Source: the human T2T-CHM13v2.0 reference genome, Homo sapiens | Direction: 5' to 3' (one strand) | Assembly: GCF_009914755.1 (NCBI RefSeq) | Contig: NC_060946.1 | Length of the DNA stretch: 64,000 nt | Shown: one piece after another, positions 10,101-25,100 of the stretch | Position numbering within the stretch: the first letter of the stretch is position 1 | Layout: each line of letters starts with the position of its first letter | Notes under the pieces: model-generated | The model's input: only the letters and a program-made list of their open reading frames with translations | Databases searched by the model: none | What the model was told of the DNA's origin: nothing | Program-made: the position numbers and the translations under genes

Positions 10101-13100
10101 CTAGCTTGTAGGGGAAGATATTCCCTTTCTCACCATGGGCCTCCAACCGTCCGAAACATCCACTTCCATATACTACAAAAAGAGCGTTTCAAACCTGCTC
10201 TATGAAAGGCAATGTTCAACTCTGTGACTTGAAAGCAGACATCACAGAGCAGTTTCTGAGAATGCTTCTGTCTAGATTTTATAGGAAGATATTCCCGTTT
10301 CCAACGAAATCTTCACAGCTATCCAAATATCCACTTGCAGATTCTACAAAAAGAGTGTATCAAAACTGCTCTGTCAAAAGGAAGGTTCTTCTCTGTTAGG
10401 TGAGTGCATACGTCATAAAGGAGTTTCTGAGAATGTTTCTGTCTAGTGGTTATGGGAAGATATTTGCTTTTTCACCGTAGGCCTCAGAGCGCTCCAAATA
10501 TCCACTTGCACAAACTACAAAAAGAGTGCCTCAAAGCTGCTCTCTGAAACGGAATGTTCAACTCTATGAGTTGAATGCAAACATCACAAAGACGTTTCTG
10601 AGAATGCTTCTGTCTAGATTTGATATGAAGATATTCCCGTTTCCAACGAAATCTTCAAATCTATCCAAATGTCCACTTGCATAATCAACAAAAAGTGTTT
10701 TTCAGAACTGCTCTATCAAAAGAAAGATCCACCTCTGTTAGCTGAGTTCACACATCACAAACAAGTTTATGAGAATGCTTCTGTCTAGTTTTTATTTGAA
10801 GATATTTCCTTTCTCACCATAGACCTGAAAGCTGTCCTAATGTTCACTTCCAGATACTACAGAAAGAGTGTTTCAAAACTGCTGTACGAAAGGGAATGTT
10901 CAACTCTGTGACTTGAATGCACACATCACAAAGAAGTTTCTGAGGATGCTGCTGTCTACTTTTTATACGTAATCCCGTTTCCAACGAAATCCTCCAAGCT
11001 ATCCAAACATCCACTTACAGATTCCACAGAAAGACTGTTTCAAAACTGCTCTGTCAATAGAAAGGTTCAACTCTGTTAGCTGCGTGCATATATCCCAAAG
11101 AAGATTCTGAGATTGCTTCTGTCTAGTTTTTATGGGAAGATATTTCCCTTTTCACCGTAGGCGTCAAGGCGCTCCAAATGTCCACTTCCAGATACTACAA
11201 AAAGAGTGTTTCAAACCTACTCTGTGAAAGCGAATATTCAACTCTGTGACTTTAATGCACATATCACAAAGAAGTTTCTGATAATGCTTCTGTCGAGATT
11301 TTATATGAAGATATTCCCGTTTCCAACGAAATCCTGAAATCTATCCAAATATCCCCTCGCAGATTCTACAAAAAGAGTGTTTCAAAACTGCTCTGTAAAA
11401 AGAAAGGTTCAACTCTGTTAGTTGAGTACACACATCACAAACAAGTTTCACAGAATGCTTCTTTCTAGCTTGTAGGGGAAGATATTCCCTTTATCACCAT
11501 GGGCCTCCAACCGTCCGAAACGTCCACTTCCATATACTACAAAAAGAGCGTTTCAAACCTGCTCTATGAAAGGCAATGTTCAACTCTGTGACTTGAATGC
11601 AGACATCACAGAGCAGTTTCTGAGAATGCTTCTGTCTAGATTTTATAGGAAGATATTCCCGTTTCCAACGAAATCTTCACAGCTATCCAAATATCCACTT
11701 GCAGATTCTACAAAAAGAGTGTATCAAAACTGCTCTGTCAAAAGGAAGGTTCTTCTCTGTTAGGTGAGTGCATACGTCATAAAGGAGTTTCTGAGAATGT
11801 TTCTGTCTAGTGGTTATGGGAAGATATTTGCTTTTTCACCGTAGGCCTCAGAGCGCTCCAAATATCCACTTGCACATACTACAAAAAGAGTGCCTCAAAG
11901 CTGCTCTCTGAAACGGAATGTTCAACTCTATGAGTTGAATGCAAACATCACAAAGACGTTTCTGAGAATGCTTCTGTCTAGATTTGATATGAAGATATTC
12001 CCGTTTCCAACGAAATCTTCAAATCTATCCAAATGTCCACTTGCAGATTCAACAAAAAGTGTTTTTCAGAACTGCTCTATCAAAAGAAAGATCCACCTCT
12101 GTTAGCTGAGTTCACACATCACAAACAAGTTTATGAGAATGCTTCTGTCTAGTTTTTATTTGAAGATATTTCCTTTCTCACCATAGACCTGAAAGCTGTC
12201 CTAATGTTCACTTCCAGATACTACAGAAAGAGTGTTTCAAAACTGCTGTACGAAAGGGAATGTTCAACTCTGTGACTTGAATGCACACATCACAAAGAAG
12301 TTTCTGAGGATGCTGCTGTCTACTTTTTATACGTAATCCCGTTTCCAACGAAATCCTCCAAGCTATCCAAATATCCACTTGCAGATTCCACAGAAAGACT
12401 GTTTCAAAACTGCTCTGTCAATAGAAAGGTTCAACTCTGTTAGCTGCGTGCATATATCCCAAAGAAGATTCTGAGATTGCTTCTGTCTAGTTTTTATGGG
12501 AAGATATTTCCCTTTTCACCGTAGGCGTCAAGGCGCTCCAAATGTCCACTTCCAGATACTACAAAAAGAGTGTTTCAAACCTACTCTGTGAAAGGGAATA
12601 TTCAACTCTGTGACTTGAATGCACATATCACAAAGAAGTTTCTGAGAATGCTTCTGTCGAGATTTTATATGAAGATATTCCCGTTTCCAACGAAATCCTG
12701 AAATCTATCCAAATATCCCCTCGCAGATTCTACAAAAAGAGTGTTTCAAAACTGTTCTGTAAAAAGAAAGGTTCAACTCTGTTAGTTGAGTACACACATC
12801 ACAAACAAGTATCACAGAATGCTTCTTTCTAGCTTGTAGGGGAAGATATTCCCTTTATCACCATGGGCCTCAAACCGTCCGAAACGTCCACTTCCATATA
12901 CTTCAAAAAGAGCGTTTCAAACCTGCTCTATGAAAGGCAATGTTCAACTCTGTGACTTGAATGCAGACATCACAGAGCTGTTTATGAGAATGCTTCTGTC
13001 TAGATTTTATAGGATGATATTCCCGTTTCCAACGAAATCTTCACAGCTATCCAAATATCCACTTGCAGATTCTACAAAAAGAGTGTATCCAAACTGCTCT

Positions 13101-16100
13101 GGCAAAAGGAAGGTTCTTCTCTGTTAGGTGAGTGCATACGTCATAAAGGAGTTTCTGAGAATGTTTCTGTCTAGTGGTTATGGGAAGATATTTGCTTTTT
13201 CACCATAGGCCTCAGAGCGCTCCAAATATCCACTTGCACATACTACAAAAAGAGTGCCTCAAAGCTGCTCTCTGAAATGGAATGTTCAACTCTATGAGTT
13301 GAATGCAAACATCACAAAGACGTTTCTGAGAATGCTTCTGTCTAGATTTGATATGAAGATATTCCCGTTTCCAACGAAATCTTCAAATCTATCCAAATGT
13401 CCACTTGCAGATTCAACAAAAAGTGTTTTTCAGAACTGCTCTATCAAAAGAAAGATCCACCTCTGTTAGCTGAGTTCACACATCCAAACAAGTTTATGAG
13501 AATGCTTCTGTCTAGTTTTTATTTGAAGATATTTCCTTTCTCACCATAGACCTGAAAGCTGTCCTAATGTTCACTTCCAGATACTACAGAAAGAGTGTTT
13601 AAAAACTGCTGTACGAAAGGGAATGTTCAACTCTGTGACTTGAATGCACACATCACAAAGAAGTTTCTGAGGATGCTGCTGTCTACTTTTTATACGTAAT
13701 CCCGTTTCCAACGAAATCCTCCAAGCTATCCAAATATCCACTTGCAGATTCCACAGAAAGACTGTTTCAAAACTGCTCTGTCAATAGAAAGGTTCAACTC
13801 TGTTAGCTGCGTGCATATATCCCAAAGAAGATTCTGAGATTGCTTCTGTCTAGTTTTTATGGGAAGATATTTCCCTTTTCACCGTAGGTGTCAAGGCGCT
13901 CCAAATGTCCACTTCCAGATACTACAAAAAGAGTGTTTCAAACCTACTCTGTGAAAAGGAATATTCAACTCTGTGACTTGAATGCACATATCACAAAGAA
14001 GTTTCTGAGAATGCTTCTGTCGAGATTTTATATGAAGATATTCCCGTTTCCAACGAAATCCTGAAATCTATCCAAATATCCCCTCGCAGATTCTACAAAA
14101 AGAGTGTTTCAAAACTGCTCTGTAAAAAGAAAGGTTCAACTCTGTTAGTTGAGTACACACATCACAAACAAGTTTCACAGAATGCTTCTTTCTAGCTTGT
14201 AGGGGAAGATATTCCCTTTATCACCATGGGCCTCCAACCGTCCGAAACGTCCACTTCCATATACTACAAAAAGAGCGTTTCAAACCTGCTCTAGGAAAGG
14301 CAATGTTCAACTCTGTGACTTGAATGCAGACATCACAGAGCAGTTTCTGGGAATGCTTCTGTCTAGATTTTATAGGAAGATATTCCCGTTTCCAACGAAA
14401 TCTTCACAGCTATCCAAATATCCACTTGCAGATTCTACAAAAAGAGTGTATCAAAACTGCTCTGTCAAAAGGAAGGTTCTTCTCTGTTAGGTGAGTGCAT
14501 ACGTCATAAAGGAGTTTCTGAGAATGTTTCTGTCTAGTGGTTATGGGAAGATATTTGCTTTTTCACCGTAGGCCTCAGAGCGCTCCAAATATCCACTTGC
14601 ACATACTACAAAAAGAGTGCCTCAAAGCTGCTCTCTGAAACGGAATGTTCAACTCTATGAGTTGAATGCAAACATCACAAAGACGTTTCTGAGAATGCTT
14701 CTGTCTAGATTTGATATGAAGATATTCCCGTTTCCAACGAAATCTTCAAATCTATCCAAATGTCCACTTGCAGATTCAACAAAAAGTGTTTTTCAGAACT
14801 GCTCTATCAAAAGAAAGATCCACCTCTGTTAGCTGAGTTCACACATCACAAACAAGTTTATGAGAATGCTTCTGTCTAGTTTTTATTTGAAGATATTTCC
14901 TTTCTCACCATAGACCTGAAAGCTGTCCTAATGTTCACTTCCAGATACTACAGAAAGAGTGTTTAAAAACTGCTGTACGAAAGGGAATGTTCAACTCTGT
15001 GACTTGAATGCACACATCACAAAGAAGTTTCTGAGGATGCTGCTGTCTACTTTTTATACGTAATCCCGTTTCCAACGAAATCCTCCAAGCTATCCAAATA
15101 TCCACTTGCAGATTCCACAGAAAGACTGTTTCAAAACTGCTCTGTCAATAGAAAGGTTCAACTCTGTTAGCTGCGTGCATATATCCCAAAGAAGATTCTG
15201 AGATTGCTTCTGTCTAGTTTTTATGGGAAGATATTTCCCTTTTCACCGTAGGCGTCAAGGCGCTCCAAATGTCCACTTCCAGATACTACAAAAAGAGTGT
15301 TTCAAACCTACTCTGTGAAAGGGAATATTCAACTCTGTGACTTGAATGCACATATCACAAAGAAGTTTCTGAGAATGCTTCTGTCGAGATTTTATATGAA
15401 GATATTCCCGTTTCCAACGAAATCCTGAAATCTATCCAAATATCCCCTCGCAGATTCTACAAAAAGAGTGTTTCAAAACTGCTCTGTAAAAAGAAAGGTT
15501 CAACTCTGTTAGTTGAGTACACACATCACAAACAAGTTTCACAGAATGCTTCTTTCTAGCTTGTAGGGGAAGATATTCCCTTTATCACCATGGTCCTCAA
15601 ACCGTCCGAAACGTCCACTTCCATATACTACAAAAAGAGCGTTTCAAACCTGCTCTAGGAAAGGCAATGTTCAACTCTGTGACTTGAATGCAGACATCAC
15701 AGAACAGTTTCTGAGAATGCTTCTGTCTAGATTTTATAGGAAGATATTCCCGTTTCCAACGAAATCTTCACAGCTATCCAAATATCCACTTGCAGATTCT
15801 ACAAAAAGAGTGTATCAAAACTGCTCTGTCAAAAGGAAGGTTCTTCTCTGTTAGGTGAGTGCATACGTCATAAAGGAGTTTCTGAGAATGTTTCTGTCTA
15901 GTGGTTATGGGAAGATATTTGCTTTTTCACCGTAGGCCTCAGAGCGCTCCAAATATCCACTTGCACATACTACAAAAAGAGTGCCTCAAAGCTGCTCTCT
16001 GAAACGGAATGTTCAACTCTATGAGTTGAATGCAAACATCACAAAGACGTTTCTGAGAATGCTTCTGTCTAGATTTGATATGAAGATATTCCCGTTTCCA

Positions 16101-19100
16101 ACGAAATCTTCAAATCTATCCAAATGTCCACTTGCAGATTCAACAAAAAGTGTTTTTCAGAACTGCTCTATCAAAAGAAAGATCCACCTCTGTTAGCTGA
16201 GTTCACACATCACAAACAAGTTTATGAGAATGCTTCTGTCTAGTTTTTATTTGAAGATATTTCCTTTCTCACCATAGACCTGAAAGCTGTCCTAATGTTC
16301 ACTTCCAGATACTACAGAAAGAGTGTTTCAAAACTGCTGTACGAAAGGGAATGTTCAACTCTGTGACTTGAATGCACACATCACAAAGAAGTTTCTGAGG
16401 ATGCTGCTGTCTACTTTTTATACGTAATCCCGTTTCCAACGAAATCCTCCAAGCTATCCAAATATCCACTTGCAGATTCCACAGAAAGACTGTTTCAAAA
16501 CTGCTCTGTCAATAGAAAGGTTCAACTCTGTTAGCTGCGTGCATATATCCCAAAGAAGATTCTGAGATTGCTTCTGTCTAGTTTTTATGGGAAGATATTT
16601 CCCTTTTCACCGTAGGCGTCAAGGCGCTCCAAATGTCCACTTCCAGATACTACAAAAAGAGTGTTTCAAACCTACTCTGTGAAAGCGAATATTCAACTCT
16701 GTGACTTGAATGCACATATCACAAAGAAGTTTCTGAGAATGCTTCTGTCGAGATTTTATATGAAGATATTCCCGTTTCCAACGAAATCCTGAAATCTATC
16801 CAAATATCCCCTCGCAGATTCTACAAAAAGAGTGTTTCAAAACTGCTCTGTAAAAAGAAAGGTTCAACTCTGTTAGTTGAGTACACACATCACAAACAAG
16901 TTTCACAGAATGCTTCTTTCTAGCTTGTAGGGGAAGATATTCCCTTTATCACCATGGGCCTCCAACCGTCCGAAACGTCCACTTCCATATACTACAAAAA
17001 GAGCGTTTCAAACCTGCTCTATGAAAGGCAATGTTCAACTCTGTGACTTGAATGCAGACATCACAGAGCAGTTTCTGAGAATGCTTCTGTCTAGATTTTA
17101 TAGGAAGATATTCCCGTTTCCAACGAAATCTTCACAGCTATCCAAATATCCACTTGCAGATTCTACAAAAAGAGTGTATCAAAACTGCTCTGTCAAAAGG
17201 AAGGTTCTTCTCTGTTAGGTGAGTGCATACGTCATAAAGGAGTTTCTGAGAATGTTTCTGTCTAGTGGTTATGGGAAGATATTTGCTTTTTCACCGTAGG
17301 CCTCAGAGCGCTCCAAATATCCACTTGCACATACTACAAAAAGAGTGCCTCAAAGCTGCTCTCTGAAACGGAATGTTCAACTCTATGAGTTGAATGCAAA
17401 CATCACAAAGACGTTTCTGAGAATGCTTCTGTCTAGATTTGATATGAAGATATTCCCGTTTCCAACGAAATCTTCAAATCTATCCAAATGTCCACTTGCA
17501 GATTCAACAAAAAGTGTTTTTCAGAACTGCTCTATCAAAAGAAAGATCCACCTCTGTTAGCTGAGTTCACACATCACAAACAAGTTTATGAGAATGCTTC
17601 TGTCTAGTTTTTATTTGAAGATATTTCCTTTCTCACCATAGACCTGAAAGCTGTCCTAATGTTCACTTCCAGATACTACAGAAAGAGTGTTTCAAAACTG
17701 CTGTACGAAAGGGAATGTTCAACTCTGTGACTTGAATGCACACATCACAAAGAAGTTTCTGAGGATGCTGCTGTCTACTTTTTATACGTAATCCCGTTTC
17801 CAACGAAATCCTCCAAGCTATCCAAATATCCACTTGCAGATTCCACAGAAAGACTGTTTCAAAACTGCTCTGTCAATAGAAAGGTTCAACTCTGTTAGCT
17901 GCGTGCATATATCCCAAAGAAGATTCTGAGATTGCTTCTGTCTAGTTTTTATGGGAAGATATTTCCCTTTTCACCGTAGGCGTCAAGGCGCTCCAAATGT
18001 CCACTTCCAGATACTACAAAAAGAGTGTTTCAAACCTACTCTGTGAAAGGGAATATTCAACTCTGTGACTTGAATGCACATATCACAAAGAAGTTTCTGA
18101 GAATGCTTCTGTCGAGATTTTATATGAAGATGTTCCCGTTTCCAACGAAATCCTGAAATCTATCCAAATATCACCTCGCAGATTCTACAAAAAGAGTGTT
18201 TCAAAACTGCTCTGTAAAAAGAAAGTTTCAACTCTGTTACTTGAGTACACACATCACAAACAAGTTTCACAGAATGCTTCTTTCTAGCTTGTAGGGGAAG
18301 ATATTCCCTTTATCACCATGGTCCTCAAACCGTCCGAAACGTCCACTTCCATATACTACAAAAAGAGCGTTTCAAACCTGCTCTATGAAAGGCAATGTTC
18401 AACTCTGTGACTTGAATGCAGACATCACAGAGCAGTTTCTGAGAATGCTTCTGTCTAGATTTTATAGGAAGATATTCCCGTTTCCAACGAAATCTTCACA
18501 GCTATCCAAATATCCACTTGCAGATTCTACAAAAAGAGTGTATCAAAACTGCTCTGTCAAAAGGAAGGTTCTTCTCTTTTAGGTGAGTGCATACGTCATA
18601 AAGGAGTTTCTGAGAATGTTTCTGTCTAGTGGTTATGGGAAGATATTTGCTTTTTCACCGTAGGCCTCAGAGCGCTCCAAATATCCACTTGCACATACTA
18701 CAAAAAGAGTGCCTCAAAGCTGCTCTCTGAAACGGAATGTTCAACTCTATGAGTTGAATGCAAACATCACAAAGACGTTTCTGAGAATGCTTCTGTCTAG
18801 ATTTGATATGAAGATATTCCCGTTTCCAACGAAATCTTCAAATCTATCCAAATGTCCACTTGCAGATTCAACAAAAAGTGTTTTTCAGAACTGCTCTATC
18901 AAAAGAAAGATCCACCTCTGTTAGCTGAGTTCACACATCACAAACAAGTTTATGAGAATGCTTCTGTCTAGTTTTTATTTGAAGATATTTCCTTTCTCAC
19001 CATAGACCTGAAAGCTGTCCTAATGTTCACTTCCAGATACTACAGAAAGAGTGTTTCAAAACTGCTGTACGAAAGGGAATGTTCAACTCTGTGACTTGAA

Positions 19101-22100
19101 TGCACACATCACAAAGAAGTTTCTGAGGATGCTGCTGTCTACTTTTTATACGTAATCCCGTTTCCAACGAAATCCTCCAAGCTATCCAAATATCCACTTG
19201 CAGATTCCACAGAAAGACTGTTTCAAAACTGCTCTGTCAATAGAAAGGTTCAACTCTGTTAGCTGCGTGCATATATCCCAAAGAAGATTCTGAGATTGCT
19301 TCTGTCTAGTTTTTATGGGAAGATATTTCCCTTTTCACCGTAGGCGTCAAGGCGCTCCAAATGTCCACTTCCAGATACTACAAAAAGAGTGTTTCAAACC
19401 TACTCTGTGAAAGGGAATATTCAACTCTGTGACTTGAATGCACATATCACAAAGAAGTTTCTGAGAATGCTTCTGTCGAGATTTTATATGAAGATATTCC
19501 CGTTTCCAACGAAATCCTGAAATCTATCCAAATATCCCCTCGCAGATTCTACAAAAAGAGTGTTTCAAAACTGCTCTGTAAAAAGAAAGGTTCAACTCTG
19601 TTAGTTGAGTACACACATCACAAACAAGTTTCACAGAATGCTTCTTTCTAGCTTGTAGGGGAAGATATTCCCTTTATCACCATGGGCCTCCAACCGTCCG
19701 AAACGTCCACTTCCATATACTACAAAAAGAGCGTTTCAAACCTGCTCTAGGAAAGGCAATGTTCAACTCTGTGACTTGAATGCAGACATCACAGAGCAGT
19801 TTCTGAGAATGCTTCTGTCTAGATTTTATAGGAAGATATTCCCGTTTCCAACGAAATCTTCACAGCTATCCAAATATCCACTTGCAGATTCTACAAAAAG
19901 AGTGTATCAAAACTGCTCTGTCAAAAGGAAGGTTCTTCTCTGTTAGGTGAGTGCATACGTCATAAAGGAGTTTCTGAGAATGTTTCTGTCTAGTGGTTAT
20001 GGGAAGATATTTGCTTTTTCACCGTAGGCCTCAGAGCGCTCCAAATATCCACTTGCACATACTACAAAAAGAGTGCCTCAAAGCTGCTCTCTGAAACGGA
20101 ATGTTCAACTCTATGAGTTGAATGCAAACATCACAAAGACGTTTCTGAGAATGCTTCTGTCTAGATTTGATATGAAGATATTCCCGTTTCCAACGAAATC
20201 TTCAAATCTATCCAAATGTCCACTTGCAGATTCAACAAAAAGTGTTTTTCAGAACTGCTCTATCAAAAGAAAGATCCACCTCTGTTAGCTGAGTTCACAC
20301 ATCACAAACAAGTTTATGAGAATGCTTCTGTCTAGTTTTTATTTGAAGATATTTCCTTTCTCACCATAGACCTGAAAGCTGTCCTAATGTTCACTTCCAG
20401 ATACTACAGAAAGAGTGTTTAAAAACTGCTGTACGAAAGGGAATGTTCAACTCTGTGACTTGAATGCACACATCACAAAGAAGTTTCTGAGGATGCTGCT
20501 GTCTACTTTTTATACGTAATCCCGTTTCCAACGAAATCCTCCAAGCTATCCAAATATCCACTTGCAGATTCCACAGAAAGACTGTTTCAAAACTGCTCTG
20601 TCAATAGAAAGGTTCAACTCTGTTAGCTGCGTGCATATATCCCAAAGAAGATTCTGAGATTGCTTCTGTCTAGTTTTTATGGGAAGATATTTCCCTTTTC
20701 ACCGTAGGCGTCAAGGCGCTCCAAATGTCCACTTCCAGATACTACAAAAAGAGTGTTTCAAACCTACTCTGTGAAAGGGAATATTCAACTCTGTGACTTG
20801 AATGCACATATCACAAAGAAGTTTCTGAGAATGCTTCTGTCGAGATTTTATATGAAGATATTCCCGTTTCCAACGAAATCCTGAAATCTATCCAAATATC
20901 CCCTCGCAGATTCTACAAAAAGAGTGTTTCAAAACTGCTCTGTAAAAAGAAAGGTTCAACTCTGTTAGTTGAGTACACACATCACAAACAAGTTTCACAG
21001 AATGCTTCTTTCTAGCTTGTAGGGGAAGATATTCCCTTTATCACCATGGTCCTCAAACCGTCCGAAACGTCCACTTCCATATACTACAAAAAGAGCGTTT
21101 CAAACCTGCTCTAGGAAAGGCAATGTTCAACTCTGTGACTTGAATGCAGACATCACAGAACAGTTTCTGAGAATGCTTCTGTCTAGATTTTATAGGAAGA
21201 TATTCCCGTTTCCAACGAAATCTTCACAGCTATCCAAATATCCACTTGCAGATTCTACAAAAAGAGTGTATCAAAACTGCTCTGTCAAAAGGAAGGTTCT
21301 TCTCTGTTAGGTGAGTGCATACGTCATAAAGGAGTTTCTGAGAATGTTTCTGTCTAGTGGTTATGGGAAGATATTTGCTTTTTCACCGTAGGCCTCAGAG
21401 CGCTCCAAATATCCACTTGCACATACTACAAAAAGAGTGCCTCAAAGCTGCTCTCTGAAACGGAATGTTCAACTCTATGAGTTGAATGCAAACATCACAA
21501 AGACGTTTCTGAGAATGCTTCTGTCTAGATTTGATATGAAGATATTCCCGTTTCCAACGAAATCTTCAAATCTATCCAAATGTCCACTTGCAGATTCAAC
21601 AAAAAGTGTTTTTCAGAACTGCTCTATCAAAAGAAAGATCCACCTCTGTTAGCTGAGTTCACACATCACAAACAAGTTTATGAGAATGCTTCTGTCTAGT
21701 TTTTATTTGAAGATATTTCCTTTCTCACCATAGACCTGAAAGCTGTCCTAATGTTCACTTCCAGATACTACAGAAAGAGTGTTTCAAAACTGCTGTACGA
21801 AAGGGAATGTTCAACTCTGTGACTTGAATGCACACATCACAAAGAAGTTTCTGAGGATGCTGCTGTCTACTTTTTATACGTAATCCCGTTTCCAACGAAA
21901 TCCTCCAAGCTATCCAAATATCCACTTGCAGATTCCACAGAAAGACTGTTTCAAAACTGCTCTGTCAATAGAAAGGTTCAACTCTGTTAGCTGCGTGCAT
22001 ATATCCCAAAGAAGATTCTGAGATTGCTTCTGTCTAGTTTTTATGGGAAGATATTTCCCTTTTCACCGTAGGCGTCAAGGCGCTCCAAATGTCCACTTCC

Positions 22101-25100
22101 AGATACTACAAAAAGAGTGTTTCAAACCTACTCTGTGAAAGCGAATATTCAACTCTGTGACTTGAATGCACATATCACAAAGAAGTTTCTGAGAATGCTT
22201 CTGTCGAGATTTTATATGAAGATATTCCCGTTTCCAACGAAATCCTGAAATCTATCCAAATATCCCCTCGCAGATTCTACAAAAAGAGTGTTTCAAAACT
22301 GCTCTGTAAAAAGAAAGGTTCAACTCTGTTAGTTGAGTACACACATCACAAACAAGTTTCACAGAATGCTTCTTTCTAGCTTGTAGGGGAAGATATTCCC
22401 TTTATCACCATGGGCCTCCAACCGTCCGAAACGTCCACTTCCATATACTACAAAAAGAGCGTTTCAAACCTGCTCTATGAAAGGCAATGTTCAACTCTGT
22501 GACTTGAATGCAGACATCACAGAGCAGTTTCTGAGAATGCTTCTGTCTAGATTTTATAGGAAGATATTCCCGTTTCCAACGAAATCTTCACAGCTATCCA
22601 AATATCCACTTGCAGATTCTACAAAAAGAGTGTATCAAAACTGCTCTGTCAAAAGGAAGGTTCTTCTCTGTTAGGTGAGTGCATACGTCATAAAGGAGTT
22701 TCTGAGAATGTTTCTGTCTAGTGGTTATGGGAAGATATTTGCTTTTTCACCGTAGGCCTCAGAGCGCTCCAAATATCCACTTGCACATACTACAAAAAGA
22801 GTGCCTCAAAGCTGCTCTCTGAAACGGAATGTTCAACTCTATGAGTTGAATGCAAACATCACAAAGACGTTTCTGAGAATGCTTCTGTCTAGATTTGATA
22901 TGAAGATATTCCCGTTTCCAACGAAATCTTCAAATCTATCCAAATGTCCACTTGCAGATTCAACAAAAAGTGTTTTTCAGAACTGCTCTATCAAAAGAAA
23001 GATCCACCTCTGTTAGCTGAGTTCACACATCACAAACAAGTTTATGAGAATGCTTCTGTCTAGTTTTTATTTGAAGATATTTCCTTTCTCACCATAGACC
23101 TGAAAGCTGTCCTAATGTTCACTTCCAGATACTACAGAAAGAGTGTTTCAAAACTGCTGTACGAAAGGGAATGTTCAACTCTGTGACTTGAATGCACACA
23201 TCACAAAGAAGTTTCTGAGGATGCTGCTGTCTACTTTTTATACGTAATCCCGTTTCCAACGAAATCCTCCAAGCTATCCAAATATCCACTTGCAGATTCC
23301 ACAGAAAGACTGTTTCAAAACTGCTCTGTCAATAGAAAGGTTCAACTCTGTTAGCTGCGTGCATATATCCCAAAGAAGATTCTGAGATTGCTTCTGTCTA
23401 GTTTTTATGGGAAGATATTTCCCTTTTCACCGTAGGCGTCAAGGCGCTCCAAATGTCCACTTCCAGATACTACAAAAAGAGTGTTTCAAACCTACTCTGT
23501 GAAAGGGAATATTCAACTCTGTGACTTGAATGCACATATCACAAAGAAGTTTCTGAGAATGCTTCTGTCGAGATTTTATATGAAGATGTTCCCGTTTCCA
23601 ACGAAATCCTGAAATCTATCCAAATATCACCTCGCAGATTCTACAAAAAGAGTGTTTCAAAACTGCTCTGTAAAAAGAAAGTTTCAACTCTGTTACTTGA
23701 GTACACACATCACAAACAAGTTTCACAGAATGCTTCTTTCTAGCTTGTAGGGGAAGATATTCCCTTTATCACCATGGTCCTCAAACCGTCCGAAACGTCC
23801 ACTTCCATATACTACAAAAAGAGCGTTTCAAACCTGCTCTATGAAAGGCAATGTTCAACTCTGTGACTTGAATGCAGACATCACAGAGCAGTTTCTGAGA
23901 ATGCTTCTGTCTAGATTTTATAGGAAGATATTCCCGTTTCCAACGAAATCTTCACAGCTATCCAAATATCCACTTGCAGATTCTACAAAAAGAGTGTATC
24001 AAAACTGCTCTGTCAAAAGGAAGGTTCTTCTCTTTTAGGTGAGTGCATACGTCATAAAGGAGTTTCTGAGAATGTTTCTGTCTAGTGGTTATGGGAAGAT
24101 ATTTGCTTTTTCACCGTAGGCCTCAGAGCGCTCCAAATATCCACTTGCACATACTACAAAAAGAGTGCCTCAAAGCTGCTCTCTGAAACGGAATGTTCAA
24201 CTCTATGAGTTGAATGCAAACATCACAAAGACGTTTCTGAGAATGCTTCTGTCTAGATTTGATATGAAGATATTCCCGTTTCCAACGAAATCTTCAAATC
24301 TATCCAAATGTCCACTTGCAGATTCAACAAAAAGTGTTTTTCAGAACTGCTCTATCAAAAGAAAGATCCACCTCTGTTAGCTGAGTTCACACATCACAAA
24401 CAAGTTTATGAGAATGCTTCTGTCTAGTTTTTATTTGAAGATATTTCCTTTCTCACCATAGACCTGAAAGCTGTCCTAATGTTCACTTCCAGATACTACA
24501 GAAAGAGTGTTTCAAAACTGCTGTACGAAAGGGAATGTTCAACTCTGTGACTTGAATGCACACATCACAAAGAAGTTTCTGAGGATGCTGCTGTCTACTT
24601 TTTATACGTAATCCCGTTTCCAACGAAATCCTCCAAGCTATCCAAATATCCACTTGCAGATTCCACAGAAAGACTGTTTCAAAACTGCTCTGTCAATAGA
24701 AAGGTTCAACTCTGTTAGCTGCGTGCATATATCCCAAAGAAGATTCTGAGATTGCTTCTGTCTAGTTTTTATGGGAAGATATTTCCCTTTTCACCGTAGG
24801 CGTCAAGGCGCTCCAAATGTCCACTTCCAGATACTACAAAAAGAGTGTTTCAAACCTACTCTGTGAAAGGGAATATTCAACTCTGTGACTTGAATGCACA
24901 TATCACAAAGAAGTTTCTGAGAATGCTTCTGTCGAGATTTTATATGAAGATATTCCCGTTTCCAACGAAATCCTGAAATCTATCCAAATATCCCCTCGCA
25001 GATTCTACAAAAAGAGTGTTTCAAAACTGCTCTGTAAAAAGAAAGGTTCAACTCTGTTAGTTGAGTACACACATCACAAACAAGTTTCACAGAATGCTTC

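Noticed and set aside
10400-11565. Gap in the ORF track suggesting an insertion or rearrangement
   Set aside because: HOR spacing is preserved (9162 to 11890 = 2 x 1364). Point substitutions at 10682/10684 create a stop codon.
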